Notes: generated by a model from the sequence alone, not told the origin. Shown: positions 8,916 through 16,653, counted from the first letter of the stretch. The stretch is 28,585 nucleotides of DNA from an uncultured Polaribacter sp. (GCA_964595235.1 CAZQPD010000199.1:1-28585), one strand, 5' to 3'. Numbers and translations: made by a program.

Positions 8916-9133
8916 TGTCATTTCGACCGGAGGGAGAAATCTTTTGATTATTATTCCTGGGTTATTTGAAAAGATTCCTCCTCACTCGTGCCTCGCTCGT
9001 TCGGAATGACAGTCGCGCGTGTCATTTCGATACGGAGCGGTAGCGGAGTGAGAAATCTTTTGGTTTTTACTCTTGCTTTTATTGGAAAGGTTCCTCCTCA
9101 CTCCTCGTTCCTCGTCGCTCATCCGGAATGACA
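8916..9133. repeat. REP/BIME-like palindromic repeat cluster (two full units, 8916-9011 and 9020-9133)
   Basis: Each unit runs TGTCATTTCG...GAGAAATCT-spacer-AG(A/G)TTCCTC...CGGAATGACA. Lies between convergent genes and matches the cluster at 3-131. Confidence 0.88.
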
Positions 9134-9216
9134 AGGTGCTCCGGGAGTCGCTTTGCTGCAATGGCGGTGCTGACAACCAGGGTTTTACGGCAGAATCTTG
9201 ATTAGCATATGCCGGA

Positions 9217-10110
9217 TCAGGACTCATATCCGAACCGGCGTAGTTTGTCCTTGTCTTTGCGCCAATTTTTGTTCACTTTTACATGGAGTTCGAGAAAGAT
9301 TTTCTTTCCGAAGAACTTTTCCAAATCTTTCCGCGCCTCACTGCCGACGCGTTTGAGTCCTTTCCCTTTGTGTCCGATGAGGATGCCTTTCTGCGAATCC
9401 CGCTCCACCATGATGACGGCACGGATACGTATCAGCCGGTCGCTTTCTTTGAAGCTCTCGGTTTCCACCTCTACCGAATAGGGAATTTCTTTCCGGTAAT
9501 GCAGTAAGATTTTCTCCCGGATGCTTTCGTTGACGAAAAAACGTTCGGTTTTGTCCGTCAATTGGTCTTTCGGAAAATACGGTGGACCTTCGGGCAGTAG
9601 CTCTACGATACGGTCGAACACTTTGTCGATATTGAACCTTTCCAATGCGGATACCGGGATGACTTCGGCTTGCGGGAGTTTTTCCCGCCAATACGCCATT
9701 TCGCGCATGACCGTTTCTTGGCTGGATTTGTCTATTTTATTGAGCAAAACCAACACGGGGATATCCGTACGGTTGATGCGCCGGAAAAATTTCTCGTTGC
9801 GCAATTTTTTTTCACCGGTTTCCACCATATAAATCAGAATATCGGCGTCGTCCAGAGCGGATTGGACGAATTTCATCATGGCTTCTTGCAGTTCATAAGC
9901 GGGGCTGATGATGCCCGGGGTGTCGGAAAATACGATTTGATACGAATCCGTATTTACGATGCCGAGTATCCTGTGGCGGGTGGTTTGTGCTTTCTTGGTG
10001 ATGATGGAGAGCCGTTCTCCTACCATGGCGTTCATCAAAGTGGATTTTCCCACATTGGGGTTCCCGATGATATTGACGAATCCGGCTTTGTGTTTTTCCT
10101 GTTGTTTCAT
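9217..10110 (-). CDS. era: GTPase Era
   Basis: GNPNVGKS, QTTR, DTPG and NKID GTPase motifs, plus C-terminal KH domain (REKIL...EIPYS, GILIGHKG). Confidence 0.98.
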   Translation of the reverse strand: MKQQEKHKAGFVNIIGNPNVGKSTLMNAMVGERLSIITKKAQTTRHRILGIVNTDSYQIVFSDTPGIISPAYELQEAMMKFVQSALDDADILIYMVETGEKKLRNEKFFRRINRTDIPVLVLLNKIDKSSQETVMREMAYWREKLPQAEVIPVSALERFNIDKVFDRIVELLPEGPPYFPKDQLTDKTERFFVNESIREKILLHYRKEIPYSVEVETESFKESDRLIRIRAVIMVERDSQKGILIGHKGKGLKRVGSEARKDLEKFFGKKIFLELHVKVNKNWRKDKDKLRRFGYES

Positions 10111-10114
10111 ACGG

Positions 10115-10122
10115 CAAAAGTA
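10115..10122 (-). promoter_or_regulatory. -7 element (TACTTTTG) for era
   Basis: Exact TAnnTTTG match ending only 4 nt before the ATG. Confidence 0.6.
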
Positions 10123-10179
10123 AGGCTATTTTGCCTATTAGTCCCATGGATGTGAACAGGTTCCTTTCCGGCAATTTGC

Positions 10180-11541
10180 CTATTCATCCCTGCCGGACGG
10201 AATGACTTCTTTCAAAGTAGAGAAAAAATACTTTATCAATATTTTGCCGGCAGGCATAAGAATCCATGTAAGGGAAATGAATATTCCCCATCCAGAATAA
10301 AACATCGTTCGATACCACGGTATCAGCCCGTCTTGCAATACGGCAAACGGTACAGGCATATCCTCCGCCATCCAGCGGCTTTTTCCGATACCCGCCATAA
10401 ACAAGGATATGAGGAATACCGCCAATGAGATATTGAGCAGGGCAAAGGCGTATTGCAAACCCTTGCGTACCGAAAACCCGGGATGCAACCCGGAGCTGAT
10501 ATAGAGAATGGCCGATAGCAGAATCATCGTATTGATGCCTATCATGCTCCCCATGGTATGGGTGACCGTGATGTGTGTGCCGTGGGTGTGGTAATTGATA
10601 GCCGGGATGGAAATGAGCAAGGCGAGTATCAAATTGACAAATATCCAAAAGTCAGCTGCCAGCATGAACTTGTAAGCGATGAGATGATGACGGCGCTTCT
10701 CTCTTTTCATCGACTTGATAAAGGTGAAAATGATATTCAATAATATCACCCATTCGGTCATACTCATCAGATAAGATGTGATACGTACCCACGGGCGGGT
10801 AGGTAGAATGTATATATGGTGAGCCCAACCGAACATCAAATTGGCAAGCCCGAGAAAATAAAAGAAAAACACCTTCTTGCCTCGCGCCAATGAATCATCC
10901 CCCTTAATTTTACACATCAAATAGATGGAAAGTCCGTAAACCAGTTGATTCCATGAGCCAACGAACGAACCTACTGATTTCCATTGAATGGTAAAATCGC
11001 GGATAAAATTCTCCCTGAAATATGGCAATACCCAAAAGTGCGCCTCTATCAAATGATATATCATAAACACCATACCGGTTCCCCACATCCAGTAATATAC
11101 AGGCATGTCTTGTGCGCGTAATCTTGCATTTTTCAGATAATTGACAGCAAAAAATACCCAGCCGGCAAGTATTCCTATCATAATCACGGGTGCAAATACG
11201 AAAAATTCACGCCCACCTACCTTGCCGGTGATGATGGATAGGTAAATGGCAGCCCCCGATATCAGAAAGATATAGAAATGCCATTTAATCAACGACAACG
11301 ACAAGCCGCGTTTCCCCTCTTTTGCCATCAGAAAATAATAAATACTTCCCGTGGCGGAAAGCACTATCCATGATACCGACGATACCACATGAATGGGGCG
11401 GATCTTGGCAAAATGCCAAAAATCCTTGGTAAAATCAGGATGGAGATATTGATATGACGCCCAAAGCCCACCTGTAACGCTAATGAACAATGAAACAAGT
11501 GCGAGAAACAGGAACGATAAAATGTATTTTTTTCCTTTCAT
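10180..11541 (-). CDS. Divergent heme-copper oxidase superfamily subunit I, NorB (cNOR)-like, with non-canonical active site
   Basis: About 12 TM helices. RPIH, GGREF, GWAHH, SMTE and NYHTHGTHITVTH match NorB motifs, but the HLWVE motif is absent. Start set at ATG 11541 because it forms an ATGA overlap with the upstream stop (ORF track gives 11562). Confidence 0.85.
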   Translation of the reverse strand: MKGKKYILSFLFLALVSLFISVTGGLWASYQYLHPDFTKDFWHFAKIRPIHVVSSVSWIVLSATGSIYYFLMAKEGKRGLSLSLIKWHFYIFLISGAAIYLSIITGKVGGREFFVFAPVIMIGILAGWVFFAVNYLKNARLRAQDMPVYYWMWGTGMVFMIYHLIEAHFWVLPYFRENFIRDFTIQWKSVGSFVGSWNQLVYGLSIYLMCKIKGDDSLARGKKVFFFYFLGLANLMFGWAHHIYILPTRPWVRITSYLMSMTEWVILLNIIFTFIKSMKREKRRHHLIAYKFMLAADFWIFVNLILALLISIPAINYHTHGTHITVTHTMGSMIGINTMILLSAILYISSGLHPGFSVRKGLQYAFALLNISLAVFLISLFMAGIGKSRWMAEDMPVPFAVLQDGLIPWYRTMFYSGWGIFISLTWILMPAGKILIKYFFSTLKEVIPSGRDE

Positions 11542-11966
11542 TTGGTTTTGATTTCTACCCATCCGTTTTTTAGAAAACGGGCTTGTTTGTTAGGATAATA
11601 CCCTGTGGAATCCACTGCCCGGAGGAAAGCGGTAAGAGCTTCTTTCTCCCGTTCGCCGAATTGGTATTCCGGCATGTGACGTATCCCGCTGTTCAATATC
11701 CCGCGGATGTATTCCGGACCTTTGGAAGGATGTGAATGGATATTGGTCAAATCAGGACCCAAATATCCGCCCAATCCGTATATCTGATGGCATGCGCTGC
11801 AATTGTTCTTTTGCCAAATGTCCTGCCCGCGTATGGCTGCACGGGAGAGGCGGTGTGATACAATATGTGCATCACCCGTATAAACGGCATAGTTGTAAAA
11901 TACAAAAGCGATAACTAATATAACCAGTATCAGTTTGTTATAAAAAGTGCGCCGCATCGACTCCAT
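11538..11966 (-). CDS. NorC-like membrane-anchored monoheme cytochrome c
   Basis: N-terminal TM helix. GQDIWQKNNCSACHQIYGLGGYLGPDLTN (CxxCH in a NorC-like context) and distal Met in HMP. Confidence 0.88.
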   Translation of the reverse strand: MESMRRTFYNKLILVILVIAFVFYNYAVYTGDAHIVSHRLSRAAIRGQDIWQKNNCSACHQIYGLGGYLGPDLTNIHSHPSKGPEYIRGILNSGIRHMPEYQFGEREKEALTAFLRAVDSTGYYPNKQARFLKNGWVEIKTK

Positions 11967-11969
11967 TTG

Positions 11970-11985
11970 TGTAACATTTGCTACA
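11970..11985. promoter_or_regulatory. Candidate operator TGTAACATTTGCTACA
   Basis: 16-bp imperfect palindrome overlapping the -7 box and likely start site of the norC-like gene. Near-identical copies at 647-662 and 605-620. Confidence 0.6.
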
Positions 11986-11991
11986 AATATA
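11984..11991 (-). promoter_or_regulatory. -7 element (TATATTTG) for the norCB-like cassette
   Basis: Exact TAnnTTTG match 17 nt upstream of ATG 11966. Confidence 0.7.
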
Positions 11992-12033
11992 AGGTTTTTA
12001 TTTTCCCGTATGATGCGTTTCGGATAGCTTTAT

Positions 12034-12041
12034 TACCTTTG
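12034..12041 (+). promoter_or_regulatory. -7 element (TACCTTTG) for the decarboxylase operon
   Basis: Exact TAnnTTTG match 20 nt upstream of ATG 12062. Confidence 0.7.
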
Positions 12042-12061
12042 TAGAATCGTAAAACTATTTT

Positions 12062-13471
12062 ATGGATGAATTATTCAGAAAGGTAGAAGAGATTATCCGC
12101 AGGAAATATTCGGAAGAGCCCGGCGTACCGGTTTCGGATACGGAGTTGCTTTCACCGGAAGAATTAAGCGATGGCATTGCCTTGAAAGTAGGCGAACAGG
12201 GGCTGTCGGAACCGGAGCTGGTGGAGTTGTTGGAGAAAGTATATCACCACAGTATCCGGACAGGCAGTGTGTATTTTATGAACCAAATGTTCGGCAGTGT
12301 ACAGAAGGCGGCATGGCTTGCCGACATCTTACTGCCCGTATTCAACACATCCGTATATACGTATGAGGTGGCACCGGTGTTCACCCTGATGGAACGTGAG
12401 GTGATAGCCGCATTATCCGTCGAAATATGGGGGAAAGAAGGCGACGGGGTATTTACCGGTGGTGGGAGTTTGTCGAATATGTATGCCATGTATCTGTCGT
12501 TGATCCGGGCTTCGGAGCAGTGGAGAAAAACAGGGGTGGCGGGCGCACCGCCTTATGCAGTTTTCGTATCGGACCAAGCTCATTATTCATTTACCAAAGG
12601 GGTGTCGTTCCTCGGGCTGGGGGAGGATGCCTTGTATCCGGTACCGTCGGGAGGAGATTCCGTCATCACCGCAAAGGCTTTGGAAGAGACGATAGAACGC
12701 AGTATGGCGGATGGCAGGAAGCCCTTGATGGTCACCGCCATAGCCGGTACGACCAAGTCCGGAAGCATTGACCCGCTGGAAGAGATAGCGGAAGTGGCGG
12801 AACGTTTCGGCTTGTGGTATCACGTAGATGCTGCATTTGGCGGAGCCCAATTATTCCACCCGGAATACCGGAACAAGCTAAAAGGAATAGAGCGGGCTGA
12901 TTCGGTCATTTGGAATTTTCACAAAGTCATGGGTATGCCGCTTTCCACTTCGTCGTTTCTCGTACGCCGTCAGGGGCTTTTGAACGGGGCGTTTTCGGTA
13001 GAAGCGGATTACCTGTTTCACGACGAAGACAGCCGTTTTGATTTGGGGCAAAAATCCCTGCGCGGCGGCAGGCGCCCGGATGTGTTTAAGCTCTGGCTCA
13101 TGTGGAAATACGCCGGTAAGAAAGGCTTGTCGCAGCATGTGGAACGCCTGCAACGCTCGGCGGAGGATTTTTCCCGTATGATAGATTCACATCCCGAAAT
13201 GGAGCTCTATGCTACCCCCGCCACTTCGATAGTCTGCTTCCGGTACAAGCCCCCGCATATCCGTGACGGACGGGAGCTCGACAAACTCAATGTGGAAATC
13301 AGGACACAAATCGTAAGGAAGGGTAAAATGTTGTTCAATTACACCCGTATCCGGGGAAATATCTATTTGCGAACGGTGGTATTGAATCCGGAGATAGAGG
13401 AAAGACATTTCCGGCATATCATCGATACGGTAGTAGAGACTGCTCATAAAGTATTGAACCCCGTATCATGA
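12062..13471 (+). CDS. Group II PLP-dependent amino acid decarboxylase (GAD/CSAD/GADL1-like)
   Basis: FMNQMF, NTSVYTYEVAPVF, GGSLSN, AHYS, HVDAAFGG, WNFHK (PLP Lys288) and GRRPDVFKLW. Confidence 0.9.
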   Translation: MDELFRKVEEIIRRKYSEEPGVPVSDTELLSPEELSDGIALKVGEQGLSEPELVELLEKVYHHSIRTGSVYFMNQMFGSVQKAAWLADILLPVFNTSVYTYEVAPVFTLMEREVIAALSVEIWGKEGDGVFTGGGSLSNMYAMYLSLIRASEQWRKTGVAGAPPYAVFVSDQAHYSFTKGVSFLGLGEDALYPVPSGGDSVITAKALEETIERSMADGRKPLMVTAIAGTTKSGSIDPLEEIAEVAERFGLWYHVDAAFGGAQLFHPEYRNKLKGIERADSVIWNFHKVMGMPLSTSSFLVRRQGLLNGAFSVEADYLFHDEDSRFDLGQKSLRGGRRPDVFKLWLMWKYAGKKGLSQHVERLQRSAEDFSRMIDSHPEMELYATPATSIVCFRYKPPHIRDGRELDKLNVEIRTQIVRKGKMLFNYTRIRGNIYLRTVVLNPEIEERHFRHIIDTVVETAHKVLNPVS

Positions 13472-14514
13472 GACACCCGGTACTCTTACTGCTTGCCGTT
13501 CCGCTATTGTTCCTGTCCTGCCGTGATCATACGGAAGGGGAAATTTCGCACAAGGCGGAATGGATAAGGGAATTTTTCGATACCGTAGAGGAATACCCTG
13601 AAATATATGCCCTCTCATATTGGCATGAAGATTTCGACGATACGCATTTCCGTTTGGATTCCTCCACGGGTTCACTCGAAGCGTTCCGCGAAATGGCAAC
13701 CCGGGACTGTTGTCTCCACACGGCGGTTTTCGAAGACGGTAAGCTCGTCGCCGTAGAGGGGAAGAAATACCTGTCGGCATTTCCCGGTTTTTGCGGGGAA
13801 GAGGATTGTGTCGGCAACGGGGCTATCCAGGATTATGAGTCGTTGACAGGGGTGCCGCTGGCTTGGGTGTATTTCTCCGACAATTGGATGGACGAATTGG
13901 GTTTTCCTTACGGGCATGTTCAGACGATCGTACAGGCGGGGCGTACGCCGTTTATCCGGATGATGGCACGTAGTGATTTTGAAGAGCAAGGGATAGACCC
14001 CGTGTGGAATTTGGAGCAGATCATTTCCGGACAGTTCGATGAAGCGTTGTACCAGTGGTTTTCCGAAGCGCGGGATACCGGAGTGCCTTTGCTCGTGGAG
14101 TTCGGTACGGAGATGAACGGCAGCTGGTTCCCGTGGAACGGAAGTTATTACGGCGCCGGACAAACGGACGGATACGGAGACTCCGCTTATCCTGATGGTC
14201 CCGAGATATTCAGGGATGCATACCGGCATTTGATAGACATTTCGCGGCAAGCGGAAGCCAATAATATTACCTGGTTCTTTCATTTCGATGTCAGCGGTGA
14301 CCCGCCAGAGGCGTGGAACGACCCGGTATATTATTATCCCGGCGATGATTATATCGACTGTTTGGGGGTGATTACCTACGGGGCTTTTACCCCCGGAGAG
14401 GTATCGGAAGAGCTCATGCCCGGATATTTGCTCGATAAGGCATACACGGCATTTACTTCCATCAGTACGTCGAAGCCGTATGCCGTATTGGAATTTGCCG
14501 TGACGGAATATTAA
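13468..14514 (+). CDS. GH26-like glycoside hydrolase lipoprotein, apparently circularly permuted
   Basis: Lipobox FLS-C18. GTEMNGSWFPW (acid/base Glu), YYPGDDYID, and C-terminal KPYAVLEF (nucleophile Glu). ATGA overlap with the decarboxylase stop. Confidence 0.8.
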   Translation: MRHPVLLLLAVPLLFLSCRDHTEGEISHKAEWIREFFDTVEEYPEIYALSYWHEDFDDTHFRLDSSTGSLEAFREMATRDCCLHTAVFEDGKLVAVEGKKYLSAFPGFCGEEDCVGNGAIQDYESLTGVPLAWVYFSDNWMDELGFPYGHVQTIVQAGRTPFIRMMARSDFEEQGIDPVWNLEQIISGQFDEALYQWFSEARDTGVPLLVEFGTEMNGSWFPWNGSYYGAGQTDGYGDSAYPDGPEIFRDAYRHLIDISRQAEANNITWFFHFDVSGDPPEAWNDPVYYYPGDDYIDCLGVITYGAFTPGEVSEELMPGYLLDKAYTAFTSISTSKPYAVLEFAVTEY

Positions 14515-14521
14515 TGCGGAC

Positions 14522-15730
14522 TTATTCCACTTCGATGTCCGGATATAAAAAATCGTTGTAAGGGAATCGTGTGATGTGTATTTTGCGTACGTTGTCGTAT
14601 AGCAATTGCCGGAGTTCTTTCAGATTTTCCCGGGTATGGGCGGAGATGAACACGGTATTTTCCCCTTGACGGTTCAGGTAGGTTTTTTTCCAGTCGGAGA
14701 GGTCGTAATGTGCTTTGGTTTTTTCGTTTACCAGGTCGTCTGGGTCGTATTTTTCGAAGGTAAAAGCATCGATTTTATTAAAGACCATGATGACGGGTTT
14801 ATCCGCACTGTCTATTTCAGCCAGGATTTTGTTGACCGACCGGATATGATCTTCGAAACTCTTGTGAGAGATATCCACAACATGTAGCAGTAAATCGGCT
14901 TCCCTGACTTCGTCGAGGGTGGATTTGAAGGATTCTACCAGTTGATGCGGTAGTTTGCGGATAAAACCTACGGTATCGGTAAGTAAGAACGGCAGGTTGC
15001 CTATGACCACTTTTCGTACGGTGGTGTCCAAGGTGGCGAATAATTTGTTTTCGGCGAACACATTGGATTTGCTCAGGATATTCATCAGGGTGGATTTTCC
15101 TACATTGGTGTAACCCACCAATGCCACACGGACAAGCTTTCCGCGGTTTTTGCGTTGGACTGCCATTTGCTTGTCGATACTTTGTAATTTTTTACGTAGC
15201 AAGGCTATTTTATCCCTGACGATACGGCGGTCTGTTTCAATTTCCGTTTCCCCGGGTCCGCGGAGACCGATACCTCCTTTTTGCCTGCTCAGGTGCGTCC
15301 ACATACGTGTAAGTCTGGGTAGCAGGTATTGGTATTGGGCGAGTTCCACTTGTGTGACGGCGTAACTCGTCTGTGCACGGGCGGCGAAAATATCCAAAAT
15401 CAAGTTGGTACGGTCTAAGATTTTACAATTTAAGATTTTTTCGAGGTTTCTGATTTGCGAAGGATTGAGTTCGTCGTCGAAGATAGCCGTATCAATGCCG
15501 TGTCCGGCTATAAAACTACGCACTTGTTCCAATTTTCCCTTGCCGAGATAGGTTTTCGGGTCGGGATATTCGCGTTTTTGTACGAATCTTTTTACGGCGG
15601 TGCCCCCGGCAGTACGGGTCAGGAAGTCGAGTTCGTCGAGGTATTCCATTACTTTGCCGGCGTCTTGGTCGCGGGTAATGATGCCGATGAGTACAGCTTT
15701 TTCGGTGGATGAAGACGGGAGTTCTGTCAT
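14522..15730 (-). CDS. hflX: GTPase HflX
   Basis: FDDELNPSQIRNLE, ILDIFAARA, GLRGPGETEIE, GYTNVGKS, LFATLD, DTVGFI and NKID. Start set at ATG 15730, which overlaps the upstream TAA (TAATG). Confidence 0.97.
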   Translation of the reverse strand: MTELPSSSTEKAVLIGIITRDQDAGKVMEYLDELDFLTRTAGGTAVKRFVQKREYPDPKTYLGKGKLEQVRSFIAGHGIDTAIFDDELNPSQIRNLEKILNCKILDRTNLILDIFAARAQTSYAVTQVELAQYQYLLPRLTRMWTHLSRQKGGIGLRGPGETEIETDRRIVRDKIALLRKKLQSIDKQMAVQRKNRGKLVRVALVGYTNVGKSTLMNILSKSNVFAENKLFATLDTTVRKVVIGNLPFLLTDTVGFIRKLPHQLVESFKSTLDEVREADLLLHVVDISHKSFEDHIRSVNKILAEIDSADKPVIMVFNKIDAFTFEKYDPDDLVNEKTKAHYDLSDWKKTYLNRQGENTVFISAHTRENLKELRQLLYDNVRKIHITRFPYNDFLYPDIEVE

Positions 15731-16503
15731 TATTCCTTTTTCATTTTTTTTCTTTGTGCGAAAGCATTTATGCGTTTTTTCCATTCTACTGTTTGTGAGA
15801 GGAATGCGAAATTGTCGGCGGCGTATATTTTTGCCGATTCAATTTCTTTTTGTAAGCTGTAATTGACGGTTCTTTTTGTATAGTTTAGCGCCAAATGTCC
15901 TCCTTCGAGGATTTTTTCTGACAGGAGGAGGGTTTGTTCTTTTATCTCTTGCGGGGGGTAGATATAATTTACTAATCCGGCATCCAATGCTTCGTCTGCG
16001 GTGAGCATTTTTCCTGTAAGGAGCAAATCCATAGCTTTCCCCTTTCCTATTAGTGCATTGAGATATAAAGTGCAAGTGGCGGGCAGTATGGCGCCGAGTT
16101 TTACGGCGGGATAGCCTATTTTGGCTTCTGTACTCATGATACGAATATCGGCGGCAGTGGCAAAACCGAGCCCGCCTCCCAATGCGATTCCGTTGATAAG
16201 TGCCAGTGTCGGTTTGCTAAAACGGAAAATTTTTTCGGAAGTATCTTCCAATAACATGGCAAACTCTCTCGCTTTTTCCACACTGTCCAATTGCGTCAGT
16301 GCATTGAGGTCCACCCCCGAAGAGAAAGCTTTGTCACCGTAGCCTGTAATGACGAGTGAATGCAGCCCGGGGTTTTGGTTTTCGCGTTCCAATAGCCCGT
16401 TCAGTTCCAGCAGTAATTCCTTGTGAAATGCATTGTGTTTGCCGGGCCGGTTGAATTCGAGCCATCCCGTGTGGTTTTTTATTTGGTATCGTATGAATTT
16501 CAT
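15730..16503 (-). CDS. Enoyl-CoA hydratase/isomerase (crotonase) family protein, non-canonical catalytic residues
   Basis: NRPGKHNA, FSSGVDL, KPTLALING, GGG, ADIR, DLLLTG and ALDAGLVN. Start set at ATG 16503 because the -7 box covers the ORF-track TTG at 16527. Confidence 0.88.
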   Translation of the reverse strand: MKFIRYQIKNHTGWLEFNRPGKHNAFHKELLLELNGLLERENQNPGLHSLVITGYGDKAFSSGVDLNALTQLDSVEKAREFAMLLEDTSEKIFRFSKPTLALINGIALGGGLGFATAADIRIMSTEAKIGYPAVKLGAILPATCTLYLNALIGKGKAMDLLLTGKMLTADEALDAGLVNYIYPPQEIKEQTLLLSEKILEGGHLALNYTKRTVNYSLQKEIESAKIYAADNFAFLSQTVEWKKRINAFAQRKKMKKE

Positions 16504-16524
16504 TCCGGTTATTTTTTTATGATA

Positions 16525-16532
16525 CAAAGGTA
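16525..16532 (-). promoter_or_regulatory. -7 element (TACCTTTG) for the crotonase-hflX operon
   Basis: Exact TAnnTTTG match 21 nt upstream of ATG 16503. Confidence 0.7.
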
Positions 16533-16653
16533 ATGGATATTGTGTATATAAGGGTCAGCTGAAAATCACAGAATGGATGCTGTTCAAACTGTTCTTTCTC
16601 ACATGTTTAAATGTTTTACACCGGTAATTGTATTCTGGCAAGAATATTTTACT

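Noticed and set aside
3-9133. CRISPR array interpretation of the repeats
   Set aside because: The units are long palindromes in clusters of two, with no regular repeat-spacer periodicity and no cas genes.
10180-11541. Annotation as cbb3 oxidase CcoN or as canonical norB
   Set aside because: The TM6 His and cross-linking Tyr of oxidases and the HLWVE motif of NOR are absent. There is no ccoOQP, and the partner is NorC-like.
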